The notes below the pieces were generated by a model, which saw only the letters and a list, made by a program, of their open reading frames with translations, did not search any database and was not told the origin of the DNA. Below are positions 38,242 through 48,284 of a stretch of DNA of 64,000 nt, one piece after another. Made by a program: the position numbers and the translations under genes. Within the stretch, counting starts at the first letter, position 1. Every line of letters starts with the position of its first letter. This DNA comes from Minisyncoccia bacterium (GTDB lineage: Bacteria > Patescibacteriota > Minisyncoccia > Phycocordibacterales > UBA918), in the NCBI GenBank assembly GCA_046598345.1, contig JBKJIT010000003.1, forward strand, positions 156,549 to 220,548, read 5' to 3'.

Positions 38242-38925
38242 ATGATTTATTTTGATAATGTTTCGAAGATTTACAATGCAGGCCAATCAGTGGCCCTCAA
38301 AGATGTAACGTTTCAAGTAGCGCCAAACGAGTTCGTCTCAATCGTTGGACACTCAGGAGCAGGGAAAACGACGCTTCTTAAAATGCTCATCGCAGAAGAT
38401 AGGCCGAGTCATGGACAGGTTTTTTTTGAATCACTCGATATCCACTCTATTCCTCGTAGTTCGCTCTCGAAATATCGAAGAAAGATAGGAACCGTATTTC
38501 AGGACTTCAAGCTTCTATCAAATAAGACGGCGTACGAAAACGTTGCTTTTGCAATGGAAGCAAATGGTCGTTCAGATGAAGAGATTGCGGAGAATGTGCC
38601 GCAAGCGCTCGCCCTTGTGGATCTTACCGATAAAATCTGGAATTTTCCGCATGAACTCTCCGGTGGTGAGAAGCAGCGTGTAGCAATTGCGCGTGCAATA
38701 GTGAATCAGCCCGACATTATCATTGCGGATGAGCCAACGGGCAACCTGGATCCAATAGCGACGTATGAGGTTGTGCAGATTTTGAAAAAGATTAACGATT
38801 TAGGAACGACTGTTATTATGACGACTCATAATAAGGGTGTTATTGACGCTCTTGAGCGACGGGTAATTACGATGGACGAAGGTCGAATAGTCCGGGATGA
38901 CGCTGAGGGTAAGTACGTGCTTTAA
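38242..38925 (+). CDS. ftsE: cell-division ABC ATPase FtsE
   Basis: GHSGAGKTTLLKML Walker A, LSGGEKQRVAIARA signature, followed by ftsX. Confidence 0.9.
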   Translation: MIYFDNVSKIYNAGQSVALKDVTFQVAPNEFVSIVGHSGAGKTTLLKMLIAEDRPSHGQVFFESLDIHSIPRSSLSKYRRKIGTVFQDFKLLSNKTAYENVAFAMEANGRSDEEIAENVPQALALVDLTDKIWNFPHELSGGEKQRVAIARAIVNQPDIIIADEPTGNLDPIATYEVVQILKKINDLGTTVIMTTHNKGVIDALERRVITMDEGRIVRDDAEGKYVL

Positions 38926-39064
38926 TTGAACTATGAATTTGTCACATTTCTTTGTCGCTTCACTCATACGCTCCACGCACGGTAGGTCGACTACCGCTTG
39001 GTCGCGTATTTCACTCGCTTCGCGAACTCTGAACAAATTCTTAATTTCAACAAACCAGTAAGAT

Positions 39065-39985
39065 ATGTTTACGGGTATTAAACGAATTATTCGCGCTGGT
39101 TTTGTGGGGTTTTGGCGCAACGCATTTGTTTCCTTGGCAGCCATTTTTGTAATGACCGTGACACTTACCGTGATTGCAGGAGTGCTTTTATTAGGACAAA
39201 TCCTCAATGCTTCTCTTTCACAGATTGAAGAAAAGGTTGATATCAACGTCTACTTTGTGACGAGTGCCGAGGAAGAAAGTATTTTGAAATTTAAAACCTC
39301 ACTCGAAACACTTCCGGATGTACGAGACGTAACGTACACGAATCGCAATGATGCACTCGCACAGTTTAGGGAGCGTCACCAGAATGACGAACTTACACTC
39401 CAGGCGCTTGAAGAACTCGATGACAATCCACTCGGGGCAACGCTTTCCATTCGAGCAAAAGAAACTTCGCAGTATGAAAACATTTCAACCTTCATTCAGG
39501 AACAACGCGCGAGTGAGGACGCAGAGAACCCACTCATTGATCGAGTAAATTACCTCAACAATAAAGACGCAATCGACAAGCTGACGAATATTATTAATGC
39601 AGTTGAGCGGTCAAGTCTCATTGCCATGATTGTGCTGGTCGCCTCATCAATTCTCATTACCTTCAACACCATTCGTCTCGCTATTTACACCATGCGTGAG
39701 GAAATTTCCATCATGCGGCTTGTGGGTGCGGGGAACATGTTTATCCGTGGGCCATTTATGCTTCAGGGCGTCATGTATGGGCTCGTTGCAGGAGTTATAA
39801 CCCTACTCATCATTTATCCTACTGTTCTTTGGCTTGGGCCGGCGACTGAAAGTTTCTTCTCTCTTAACCTCTTTGTACACTTCGTAAATAACTTCGCTTA
39901 CTTCTTCCTTGTCCTTGTCGGTTCGGGAATGGCACTCGGCCTTATTTCGAGCACGCTCGCAGTTGCACGCTACCTTCGCATCTAA
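39065..39985 (+). CDS. ftsX: cell-division permease-like protein FtsX
   Basis: four TM segments with a large first periplasmic loop, immediately after ftsE. Confidence 0.8.
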   Translation: MFTGIKRIIRAGFVGFWRNAFVSLAAIFVMTVTLTVIAGVLLLGQILNASLSQIEEKVDINVYFVTSAEEESILKFKTSLETLPDVRDVTYTNRNDALAQFRERHQNDELTLQALEELDDNPLGATLSIRAKETSQYENISTFIQEQRASEDAENPLIDRVNYLNNKDAIDKLTNIINAVERSSLIAMIVLVASSILITFNTIRLAIYTMREEISIMRLVGAGNMFIRGPFMLQGVMYGLVAGVITLLIIYPTVLWLGPATESFFSLNLFVHFVNNFAYFFLVLVGSGMALGLISSTLAVARYLRI

Positions 39986-39988
39986 CGC

Positions 39989-41662
39989 ATGAAGAAGAAT
40001 CAAAAGAAACTGAAAAGCACGAAAAAAGAACATGCATACATCTTCGTCGTCGGCGGGGTCATGAGTGGAGTTGGGAAGGGAATTTCCTCTTCGTCGATCG
40101 CGATGCTTCTTCAGGCGCGTGGGCTCATCGTGACCGCAGTAAAAATTGATCCATACATCAACGTTGACGCAGGTACGATGAATCCGACTGAACACGGTGA
40201 GGTGTTTGTGCTAAATACAGGCCTTGAAACTGATCAGGATATGGGGAACTACGAGCGTTTTCTCAATATCGATATTCCAGGCATTAACTACATGACGACA
40301 GGGAGTGTGTACCAGGATGTTATCCGTAAGGAGCGCAATCTTGAGTACAAAGGAAAGAATGTTGAGGTTGTTCCGGATTTCCCGAGAGAGGTAATTAGAC
40401 GAATTAAAATTGCTGCGGAAGCTGCGAACGCTGATGTGACGCTCATTGAAGTGGGAGGAACGGTAGGAGAATACCAAAACGTACTGTTTCTCGAAGCAGT
40501 ACGTATGATGAAATCTGAAATGCCCCACAAGGTTGCGGTCGTCATGGTCAGTTATCTTCCGGTTCCGTACAGTATCGGAGAAATGAAAACAAAACCAACG
40601 CAAACAGCTGTGCGAAGCCTGAATAGCGCCGGAGTTTTTGCCGATTTTATCCTTGCGCGCGGCCCCGCGCCACTCGATATAAAACGCAAAGAGAAGATTG
40701 CGCAATTCTGTAATGTGCGAGCGGAACACGTTATCTCAGCACCTGATGTTGCGAGCGTCTATGACATTCCCCTCAATTTTGAAAAAGATGATCTCTCTAA
40801 GCGCATTTGTGAGGTACTTGGTATTAAAAAGATTAAGCCACTCAACCTAACGCTCTGGAAAAAATTTGTTGAGCGTTCAAAAAATGGAAAGGATACGGTG
40901 AAGATAGCCGTAGTAGGAAAATATTTTAATTCAGGAGATTTCGTCCTTTCGGATGTCTATATTTCGGTCCTTGAAGCAATTAAGTACTCTGCATATGCAC
41001 TCCACTTGAAGCCTGAAATAGTGTATCTCTCGTCTGCGCAGTTCGCTGACGCAAAACAACTCCGGAAGCTCAAAGAGTACGACGGGGTCCTTATTCCGGG
41101 AGGATTTGGTTCAACGGGAATTGAAGGAAAACTCAAGGTGATAGCCTATGTCCGCAAAAATAAGATCCCATACTTCGGACTCTGCTACGGAATGCAGCTT
41201 GCAGTACTTGAGTATGCCCAGAATGTGCTGCGTCTCTCACATGCAAGCACGGAAGAAATCGATCCTACCTCGAAGCATTTGGTTATTGGGGTGATGCCTG
41301 ATCAAAGGGATAAAATAGCGAAAGGGGATATGGGGGGCACGATGCGTCTTGGTGAATATGTGTCAGTTTTAGAAAAAGGTTCAATTGCAGCCAATGCGTA
41401 TGGTACCCGAGAAATAACCGAACGACATCGTCATCGGTACGAGGTGAATCCTGAATATATAGAGAGGCTTCAAAATAAAGGCCTTGTGTTTTCCGGCACC
41501 TCGCCCGACGGAAGGCTTATGGAAATCATGGAACTTCCTAAAGACGAACATCCTTTTTTCCTAGCAACACAATTTCATCCAGAATTTCACGCTCGCCCAC
41601 TTCGTCCGCACCCACTTTTCACAGCTTTCATCAAGGCTTCGTATGAAAACAAAACAGGCTAG
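39989..41662 (+). CDS. pyrG: CTP synthase
   Basis: IFVVGGVMSGVGKGISSSSIAMLL N-terminal synthetase motif and a C-terminal glutamine amidotransferase domain (LCYGMQ...HPEF). Confidence 0.9.
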   Translation: MKKNQKKLKSTKKEHAYIFVVGGVMSGVGKGISSSSIAMLLQARGLIVTAVKIDPYINVDAGTMNPTEHGEVFVLNTGLETDQDMGNYERFLNIDIPGINYMTTGSVYQDVIRKERNLEYKGKNVEVVPDFPREVIRRIKIAAEAANADVTLIEVGGTVGEYQNVLFLEAVRMMKSEMPHKVAVVMVSYLPVPYSIGEMKTKPTQTAVRSLNSAGVFADFILARGPAPLDIKRKEKIAQFCNVRAEHVISAPDVASVYDIPLNFEKDDLSKRICEVLGIKKIKPLNLTLWKKFVERSKNGKDTVKIAVVGKYFNSGDFVLSDVYISVLEAIKYSAYALHLKPEIVYLSSAQFADAKQLRKLKEYDGVLIPGGFGSTGIEGKLKVIAYVRKNKIPYFGLCYGMQLAVLEYAQNVLRLSHASTEEIDPTSKHLVIGVMPDQRDKIAKGDMGGTMRLGEYVSVLEKGSIAANAYGTREITERHRHRYEVNPEYIERLQNKGLVFSGTSPDGRLMEIMELPKDEHPFFLATQFHPEFHARPLRPHPLFTAFIKASYENKTG

Positions 41663-41957
41663 ATCGTTTACCTTTAAGGGGAAAATCTGGCTGTACCCGG
41701 GTGAGTCGGCCAACTGGCACTTTTGCACCGTTCCGAAAAAGCAATCGAGCGAACTCAAAGAATTATATAAAGGGCTCACGAAAGGATGGGGTTCACTCCC
41801 TGTAGAAGTGACTATCGGAAAAACGACATGGAACACATCTATTTTTCCAGACAGTAAATCAGGAACCTACATTCTTCCGCTTAAGGCACAGATACGCAAA
41901 AAGGAAGGACTTTACGAAGGTGATGCATGCACCATTTCATGTGTGGTCTGTGTATAA
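41643..41957 (+). CDS. small DUF1905-like hypothetical protein
   Basis: 104-aa ORF overlapping the pyrG stop; assignment by resemblance only. Confidence 0.4.
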   Translation: MKTKQARSFTFKGKIWLYPGESANWHFCTVPKKQSSELKELYKGLTKGWGSLPVEVTIGKTTWNTSIFPDSKSGTYILPLKAQIRKKEGLYEGDACTISCVVCV

Positions 41958-42064
41958 GGTTTTCAAAAATTGATCAAATGAGGCGTGATCTCGTGTACGT
42001 GGATTCTGCACATTCGCTAGCGGGTAGGGTATACTGGACGCTAAGTAATTAAATAAATTCACGT

Positions 42065-42352
42065 TTGCGTATGAATCAAGGAAATTGGACCTGTAGTAGC
42101 TGCGGTACCGCGATCACCGAGCTCCCGTTTGAGCCACGTAGCACTGACGGGCTACTCTGCAAAGAGTGTCACGGTAAGAAGCGAAATGAAGGTGGTGGAA
42201 GTGCGCCTAGGCCACAGCAAGGCGATAAGCCTCGGTTTGCAGGAAACTGGTCATGTAGTTCTTGCGGTACTGCAATTACTTCACTCCCATTTGAGCCAAA
42301 AGATACCTCCAATTTGAAGTGCATTGACTGTTTCAAGAAGAGTAGGGCGTAG
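42065..42352 (+). CDS. tandem zinc-ribbon protein (internal duplication)
   Basis: W(T/S)CSSCGTAIT(E/S)LPFEP...C..C occurs twice. Confidence 0.5.
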   Translation: MRMNQGNWTCSSCGTAITELPFEPRSTDGLLCKECHGKKRNEGGGSAPRPQQGDKPRFAGNWSCSSCGTAITSLPFEPKDTSNLKCIDCFKKSRA

Positions 42353-42377
42353 GTGGTGTAACTAACCCGTATCTCAT

Positions 42378-42413
42378 AAAAAACAGCAGGCCTCACGGCC
42401 TGCTGTTTTTTTT
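42378..42413 (+). terminator. terminator aaaaaacagcaggcc-tcac-ggcctgctgtttttttt
   Basis: GC-rich hairpin plus T8. Confidence 0.7.
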
Positions 42414-42470
42414 GTAATTACAGAAGAAAGCACTTACAACCAGGGAGAATAAGTCTGCACTACCAAAATC

Positions 42471-44372
42471 TTAGTTTGAGGTGCTTACCTTAAATCCACG
42501 AGGGAAGAGGACTTTTGTGCCGTTTGAAGTTGTTCCATCACCCGCAAGCGGTAACTGTTCTGAATGGTGCGGCCAAGGAAGGGGAAGTGTGCCAGTAAAT
42601 GGTTTTTTCCCAAAAAGCACATCGGCAACGCCACCGCCTTCGCTTCCGGGTAGCCACGCTGCGACGAGTGCGTCCCACGATCCTACTTCTTCAGCGATAA
42701 AGAGTGGTCTTCCCGACACAATGACGACGATTACTTTGTCGGATGTCTCCTGTAATTTTTTGATTGCTTCTCTGTCTTCGCTATCAAGGATAGGGAATTC
42801 AAGGTCACCCCAGCCTTCCGCATACGGTTTTTCACCTACAACTGCGATACCGATCTCCGCTACTCCTTCCTTAAAATTTCCTAATGCATCGTACTCAATC
42901 ACAACATCTTTTCCGGCAACCTGCTTGATCCCATCGAGTATTGAGGTCGCCCCCGGAAGCCAATTCCCATCGATGCCTTGCCATTCGACTGTCCATGCGC
43001 CGGATTGCCTTCCGATGTTATGTGCGGCGCTCCCGGCTACACGAATCGTGCGCACAGTGCTCTTGAGAGGAAGCGTCGCGCTTTTGTTTTGAAGGAGTAC
43101 CATGGATTTTGATACTGCCTCCCGCGCGAGCTCGTGATGCCTAGGAGATCCAACCACTTCGTGCGTAACGCGCTCACTCTCTGGGTCGAAAAGTCCAAGT
43201 GCAAATTTTGCGCCTAGGATTCTCCTTGTCGCATCATCAATGCGTGCTTCTGTAATGTCACCCCGCCGCACTGCACGGGAAACATTTCGAACAAATTCCT
43301 TGTAGTCAAAGGGAAGCATCACCATATCTACTCCTGCGTTAATGGCGGTCACTGCCGCAGCGTAATTACTCTCTGGAATCTCATACACCCCATACCAGTC
43401 GGACACCACAAATCCAGTAAAACCAAGATCACCCTTTAACACATCTGTAATGAGATACTTTTCTGCCGCAAGTTTTGTGTTCCCCCAACTATTTAATCCA
43501 ACCATGACACTTTTGACACCTGCAACCACAGCACTCTTAAATGGAGGGAGGTAGATATTTCGAAGCGCCTCTTCGTTCGGCAAGGTTAGCCCTTGATCAA
43601 TTTTAAAATTTTCATTACTCGCAGTCCCCCAAAGCATACTCCCCGCTCCAATAAAGTGTTTTGGTGTACTGAGTACTTTGATTCGCCCGTTATCGTTTCC
43701 TTCTGTTCCACGTACGAATGCACTACCGAGCAAACTCACGAGTGCGGGGTCGTCTGAAAAAGTCTCATACGTTCTACCCCACCGTATATCACGAGGGAGG
43801 TCGAGTGTGGGGGAGTACGTCCAGTTAATGTGTGTTGCCAACAGCTCATCTCGAGTAGCCTCCGCAATCTTTTCTACAAGTACCGCGTCTCTCGTCGCTC
43901 CGAGACCAATGAAGTGAGGGAAAATCGTAGCGCCAGGAACATTTGAATGTCCGTGGATTGCATCTACACCATAGAGAATTGGAATGCCGAGCCGACTCTG
44001 CTTTGAGGCTTCAGTAAAACTCAACACCATGTCACTCCATCCCTGCACTGTGTTATCCATTGGCTTTGCACCAAAGCCACTTAAAAGAGCTCCAAGACCG
44101 TAGCGTGGCACGTCCTCGAGTTTCTCGATGCTATTCTTGTCGATGAGTGCCATTTGCCCGATTTTCTCTTCGAGCGTCATGTACGAAAGAAGATTGGTGA
44201 TTCGATCCTGAATAGGCAGGGTGATATCCAAATATCGAGGATCAGGAGGTAGAGCGGGGGTAGTGTCTGTTTTGAAAAAGTGGAGACTCATAACAACAAT
44301 TACGATACCAAACAGGGTAAGTGCTACTTGCGAAAAAGGTATTTTTCTAAGTCTTGAGAAAGCCATCTGCAT
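42471..44372 (-). CDS. glycoside hydrolase family 3 (beta-glucosidase / beta-hexosaminidase-like), membrane-anchored or secreted
   Basis: GVDAIHGHSNVPGATIFPHFIGLGATRD, KHFIGAGS, VVSDWYG motifs; N-terminal hydrophobic segment. Confidence 0.8.
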   Translation of the reverse strand: MQMAFSRLRKIPFSQVALTLFGIVIVVMSLHFFKTDTTPALPPDPRYLDITLPIQDRITNLLSYMTLEEKIGQMALIDKNSIEKLEDVPRYGLGALLSGFGAKPMDNTVQGWSDMVLSFTEASKQSRLGIPILYGVDAIHGHSNVPGATIFPHFIGLGATRDAVLVEKIAEATRDELLATHINWTYSPTLDLPRDIRWGRTYETFSDDPALVSLLGSAFVRGTEGNDNGRIKVLSTPKHFIGAGSMLWGTASNENFKIDQGLTLPNEEALRNIYLPPFKSAVVAGVKSVMVGLNSWGNTKLAAEKYLITDVLKGDLGFTGFVVSDWYGVYEIPESNYAAAVTAINAGVDMVMLPFDYKEFVRNVSRAVRRGDITEARIDDATRRILGAKFALGLFDPESERVTHEVVGSPRHHELAREAVSKSMVLLQNKSATLPLKSTVRTIRVAGSAAHNIGRQSGAWTVEWQGIDGNWLPGATSILDGIKQVAGKDVVIEYDALGNFKEGVAEIGIAVVGEKPYAEGWGDLEFPILDSEDREAIKKLQETSDKVIVVIVSGRPLFIAEEVGSWDALVAAWLPGSEGGGVADVLFGKKPFTGTLPLPWPHHSEQLPLAGDGTTSNGTKVLFPRGFKVSTSN

Positions 44373-44486
44373 AGTATAGCAGTGTCGGTGAACGATATTT
44401 TTTCTAAAAATCTCTCCGTCAACCAGATTTCATCATAATCTTCGTACCGAAGCTATCTGGGACTGTGTTGGACTTTTGTGTTTAAA

Positions 44487-44520
44487 AACGCCCCAACTTT
44501 CTAATGGTTGGGGTCGTCCT
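44487..44520. terminator. hairpin cgccccaac-ttctaatgg-ttggggtcg downstream of the 44526..45065 gene
   Basis: supports this ORF over the overlapping 44501..45010 alternative. Confidence 0.45.
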
Positions 44521-44525
44521 TTATG

Positions 44526-45065
44526 TTACGGCCGACTGAGGTACAGAAAACTTCCACCCCAATATTGATGTGACCCGGCATAATCCCTTTTTCCGTTGTC
44601 GAGTACGCGATCAATTTGTTCGCTTCCGCTGAATCGTTCGAAGGTACCCTCAAACTCATTGGTGTACAAGAGAGAATCTGCTTGGAATGTTTGTGGACCT
44701 CTTCCCCCGCAAAATTCTCGCTTCCGATAACTTTCCATGAGTGCCGTGCGGAGAAAGGGGAATACGTCCTTGCTGTATGGCTCGCCACCAACCCACATGC
44801 CCCAAACGGGAATTCCCCAATGGGTGATGAACAGGGATCCTGAAGGTCTGCCGCTATGGGGGTCGGTACCCCATCGGTCTGCGAAGTGATATCCACCAAA
44901 ACCGAGGTGGTCCCCGTAGCCTGCTTCTCTCCAATCATCCAGACCAGGAACTGCTTTTCCCGCAGGGAAGAGCAGAGACCCGTTATTTCCGCCTGCCCTA
45001 CCGAAGCCAACGCTATTGAAGAAAAACGTTTCCGTCTCTTTTAGCCAATGGGAGTCCATGACCAT
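44526..45065 (-). CDS. hypothetical protein (179 aa, Trp/Gly-rich)
   Basis: chosen over the overlapping 44501..45010 ORF because of composition and the downstream hairpin. Confidence 0.4.
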   Translation of the reverse strand: MVMDSHWLKETETFFFNSVGFGRAGGNNGSLLFPAGKAVPGLDDWREAGYGDHLGFGGYHFADRWGTDPHSGRPSGSLFITHWGIPVWGMWVGGEPYSKDVFPFLRTALMESYRKREFCGGRGPQTFQADSLLYTNEFEGTFERFSGSEQIDRVLDNGKRDYAGSHQYWGGSFLYLSRP

Positions 45066-45136
45066 CCTTTCAAAGTGGTTTAACTTCTAAGAACAGACTA
45101 TCCCATAAGAAGGAAATGTAAAGTATATGTTGGCTG

Positions 45137-45157
45137 TTTGGGAAGAAGTTGGAACTG
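45137..45157 (-). repeat. copy of the AAGTTCCAAC..TCCCAAAC intergenic motif (minus orientation)
   Basis: gtttgggaagaagttggaact is the reverse complement of AGTTCCAACTTCTTCCCAAAC; a second minus-oriented copy lies at 46187-46207. Confidence 0.5.
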
Positions 45158-45218
45158 ATCTTGCTGTTCCCTAAGACTGTCTTACGCCGATCAGTTAATC
45201 TGTTTGCTTTTTACAAAC

Positions 45219-45527
45219 CTATTTTTTCTCTACAACTTCCTTGAGCTTACGTAGTCGCTTGTCCCACTGGTTTTCTATATGAGTGATGAACTCACTGCAT
45301 CGCTTCAAGGACTTCATATCAAGGGACACTCGCACTTCTCGCCCCTCTGGCTTTAGGTGTAAAACACTCGCAGACACCAATACCTGAACCTGCTTCCTTG
45401 CACCTTGTCTTGAGATAGCAAGATTGTTGGTCAAGTCTCCCATCGTGTAGGTAGCTCCAAGAGAAAGTCGTCGCACTATCTCGAGACGTATTGGATCTCC
45501 CAGTGCTTTAAATATTTGCGCCTCCAT
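45219..45527 (-). CDS. ArsR/SmtB-family transcriptional regulator
   Basis: IFKALGDPIRLEIVRRL helix-turn-helix signature; start at the internal ATG 45527. Confidence 0.75.
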   Translation of the reverse strand: MEAQIFKALGDPIRLEIVRRLSLGATYTMGDLTNNLAISRQGARKQVQVLVSASVLHLKPEGREVRVSLDMKSLKRCSEFITHIENQWDKRLRKLKEVVEKK

Positions 45528-45529
45528 AA

Positions 45530-45970
45530 CTAGTTCTCTGTACAGAATTTTACAAGTCGTCCCAGCATATAATCCCACCCTCCTGAATTCTGCTTGAATG
45601 ATTTTTCTGCAATGTCTTCAGGTAATGATGCGAAACCGGATTCCGTCACTATGACTGTACACGCACCATTCTTTTCCTCAATACGAAACTCCACCAGGGT
45701 GTTCGGCACTTTGGACACATCTCCAAGAAAAGTACTTCCTCCAGGAATCCAACGGTATGAGAAATACTCGTAGGGCCGTGCGTCAACAATTAATACCTTG
45801 GTTTTACTATCGTGCTCACTGAAGACAAAGACAGGTTGTTCACCAGCTGCGTAGGTTCCTTCTATGGCATTCGGGAACCACAATACCACTTGCTCGGGAT
45901 TTGCGATGGCCTCGTACACTGCCTCTTTAGAGGCCTCAATAACTATTTCACGCTGTATCGTGTCTTGCAT
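45530..45970 (-). CDS. SRPBCC / AHSA1-like protein
   Basis: about 147 aa starting MQDTIQREIVIEASKEAVYEAI, the typical AHSA1/polyketide-cyclase-like N-terminus; partnered with ArsR. Confidence 0.6.
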   Translation of the reverse strand: MQDTIQREIVIEASKEAVYEAIANPEQVVLWFPNAIEGTYAAGEQPVFVFSEHDSKTKVLIVDARPYEYFSYRWIPGGSTFLGDVSKVPNTLVEFRIEEKNGACTVIVTESGFASLPEDIAEKSFKQNSGGWDYMLGRLVKFCTEN

Positions 45971-46329
45971 ACTTTCACTAATTAATTCGTAACATTTATA
46001 TGCAAGGAGTGTAGCAAAGTACATACAAATATGCAACCTATAGGTTGCATATGATCCTTCCTCTAGGAGATCGTACGCTTTACAAGTCCGTTTTTCCTTT
46101 CAGAGACTCGATTTCTTTTTTTAAGCTCTACCATCCTTAGTTCTTGGTCAATCACAAATGTATTCAGACGCTCCAATTGGCTCGTTGTTTGGGAAGCAGT
46201 TGGAACTTTTGAGTAACTAATTCTCCAAATGTACTGGATCATCCTTTTGACATGAGGAGATAGAATCATAAAAATGTCGTGGATGGGAAGATCGAAATAT
46301 GGTAAGGTAACATCGCTTTTCAAAAGCAC

Positions 46330-46549
46330 CATTGCCAGTTCGTCTAATGGTGGCCAGAAATTAATGAGCGCTGCGATTATAATTTCTGAGTCCGTCTGAT
46401 TTTCTTCCTCACAGAAGAAAATCAGACGTTTGGGAGGTCCTGAGTATTGGGGCTGAAATGATATGGGGTATTATTTCAGGACGTTGCCAGATATTTATAA
46501 AAAATATCGACAACGTGTACTGATCATGTAATGATCGAGTCCCTTACCA
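46330..46549 (+). repeat. split pseudo-copy of tRNA-Gln: the first 21 nt (46330-46351) and a 3' piece inside family-A element L2 (46480-46549, core CGACAACGTGTACTGATCATGTAATGATCGAGTCCC)
   Basis: cattgccagttcgtctaatggt occurs at 46329 and 46560; 46480-46540 aligns with 35366-35436. Confidence 0.55.
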
Positions 46550-46562
46550 GAACAAAAAATAT

Positions 46563-46633
46563 TGCCAGTTCGTCTAATGGTAGGACACATGCCTCTGGAG
46601 CATGTTATTGGGGTTCGAGTCCCTGACTGGCAG
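46563..46633 (+). tRNA. tRNA-Gln(CUG)
   Basis: acceptor TGCCAGT/ACTGGCA (U1-A72), D-arm GTCT-AATGGTA-GGAC, anticodon stem CATGC/GCATG, loop CTCTGGA, T-arm TGGGG-TTCGAGT-CCCTG (two G.U pairs), discriminator G. Confidence 0.7.
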
Positions 46634-46647
46634 CTAATAGAAAATCG

Positions 46648-46941
46648 TCATCTTTGGGTAAATGTAAGAGTTTTAGAAATGGCATCGAATAGTTGAAGTG
46701 TTTCATTGGTCATACTTTCGTCCTTTGCCAATGCTACATAGGTTAATACAAAACCACTTTTTCCAATTACATGCACCTTGTCACAGGTGGAATTGAAGGG
46801 GTATGCTGATAGTAAGTTTTCCTTTTCTTCTGCTGTGAACCCTTTGAGTGCACAAAATTCAATAATTGGTGCTGAAATGCCCTCGACATGAGGTATCTGG
46901 TCTCTATATAAATCTTTGCCAGCAACAGTTATAGGCGTCAT
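46648..46941 (-). CDS. hypothetical protein (97 aa)
   Basis: ORF only; may be the 3' part of a frameshifted gene together with 46988..47329. Confidence 0.3.
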   Translation of the reverse strand: MTPITVAGKDLYRDQIPHVEGISAPIIEFCALKGFTAEEKENLLSAYPFNSTCDKVHVIGKSGFVLTYVALAKDESMTNETLQLFDAISKTLTFTQR

Positions 46942-46987
46942 TGTATTTATATTTACCGCTGCATTACCTCCAACGACATTATGGTCG

Positions 46988-47329
46988 CTAAAGTATTTGT
47001 AATACCCACTCTTCAGAATCCCTTGTTAATTCAATTCTAGTCTCAACAGAATTTGATTCACCGTACATGTTTTTTGTGTGGTTAATTTTATTTTGCTTGA
47101 ACTGTAGTTCCGGGGGGTATTTAAATTCAAAACCATACTCCTCGTTCGAATAAGTCTTCCAGTTTGATGTAGCGGTAGTATGAGTGAGATCACTTTCAAT
47201 AAGTTTCTCGTCGCTGTTATTCGTATTTGTGTTTGCGCGGAAATACAAATAACTGCCACCTAACAATAGGACTGTCAAAACTATTAAAAACAATTTTTTA
47301 TTATTCATCTTATTGAAACAATGCATCAT
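46988..47329 (-). CDS. hypothetical secreted protein (113 aa)
   Basis: signal-peptide-like N-terminus MMHCFNKMNNKKLFLIVLTVLLLGGSYLYF. Confidence 0.4.
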   Translation of the reverse strand: MMHCFNKMNNKKLFLIVLTVLLLGGSYLYFRANTNTNNSDEKLIESDLTHTTATSNWKTYSNEEYGFEFKYPPELQFKQNKINHTKNMYGESNSVETRIELTRDSEEWVLQIL

Positions 47330-47420
47330 GATTTTTCACCTGTCAATTAATGTAGCATTGCAGCCTTCAATAGACAGTATCCACCTCCCATGCAGCAATC
47401 TAGACATTTTAAAAAATGAT

Positions 47421-47477
47421 GTTGCCACAGGGTAACCCTGTGGAGGACATGTTGTCACAAGGTAACCTTGTGGAGGA
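47421..47477. repeat. two tandem REP-like palindromic units GTTG(C/T)CACA(G/A)GGTAACC(C/T)TGTGGAGGA centred on GGTAACC, preceded by tagacattttaaaaaatgatg
   Basis: the same units occur at 48938-48964, 56133-56159, 56166-56190 and 58118-58140. Confidence 0.7.
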
Positions 47478-47518
47478 TATATATCAAATTCGAACCCAAG
47501 TTTTGGTAAACTTATATT

Positions 47519-48097
47519 ATGGAATCAATACCGTCTCATGAAGAAGTGAAGGTTGTAATTGAACGTGCACGTCCGGAGGATGCAGAAGAAATCCAAACTG
47601 TTTTCTATAAAACCTGGCTCGCAACATATCCTAATGAGGTGTCAGGTGTAACTGTGGATGACGTACATGAATATTACAGGGACAAATTAACTCCAGAAGG
47701 AATCAAAAAATCCCAAAGAAAGATTGAAGAGGATAGTCGAATGGAAAACCTAAGAGTTTTTGTTGCAAAAATCAATGAAAAAGTTGCAGGTGTCTGTATA
47801 GCAAGAATTCTTGAGGACAAGAATCAGTTGAAAGCAATATACGTCTTACCTGAATTTCAAGGAAAGGGAATTGGTTCCAAATTATGGAATCAGGTACTTA
47901 CGTTCATTGATCAGACAAAAGACACGACAGTTGAAGTTGTGACCTATAACAGTAATGCAATCGAGTTTTATAAACGACTAGGTTTTGAAGATACTGGTAG
48001 GAGGTGGACTGATGAAAAATTTCGAATGAAAAGTGGTGCAACGTTTCCAGAAATGGAGATGAAAATTAATGGTTTAGGGTCACTAGAAAAGTTCTAA
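47519..48097 (+). CDS. GNAT-family N-acetyltransferase
   Basis: acetyl-CoA binding motif QLKAIYVLPEFQGKGIGSKLW. Confidence 0.8.
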   Translation: MESIPSHEEVKVVIERARPEDAEEIQTVFYKTWLATYPNEVSGVTVDDVHEYYRDKLTPEGIKKSQRKIEEDSRMENLRVFVAKINEKVAGVCIARILEDKNQLKAIYVLPEFQGKGIGSKLWNQVLTFIDQTKDTTVEVVTYNSNAIEFYKRLGFEDTGRRWTDEKFRMKSGATFPEMEMKINGLGSLEKF

Positions 48098-48284
48098 CAT
48101 TACACCCCAGGGTGCCTTCTTTACCTCGCATGTTCAGTTCAGGTTGTCGCTTTTTCATAAAAACGCTGGCAACCTCCTGAATACATATCCCATATGCATT
48201 CAGCTTCGTCCCATACAGCCAGCTCACTAAGTTGTGGTCGCGGGACACTTGCATAATTGTTATGGTAAAATTTAAATATTCAAA

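Noticed and set aside
44501-45010. Alternative 169-aa ORF overlapping 44526..45065 on the same strand
   Set aside because: Different frame of the same DNA; the 44526..45065 frame has more protein-like composition and ends just before a hairpin. Only one is reported, with low confidence.
46063-46332. 89-aa ORF on the minus strand
   Set aside because: It contains a copy of the AGTTCCAAC...TCCCAAAC intergenic motif and a copy of the tRNA-Gln 5' fragment; the motif is translated in a different frame elsewhere, so the ORF is probably spurious.
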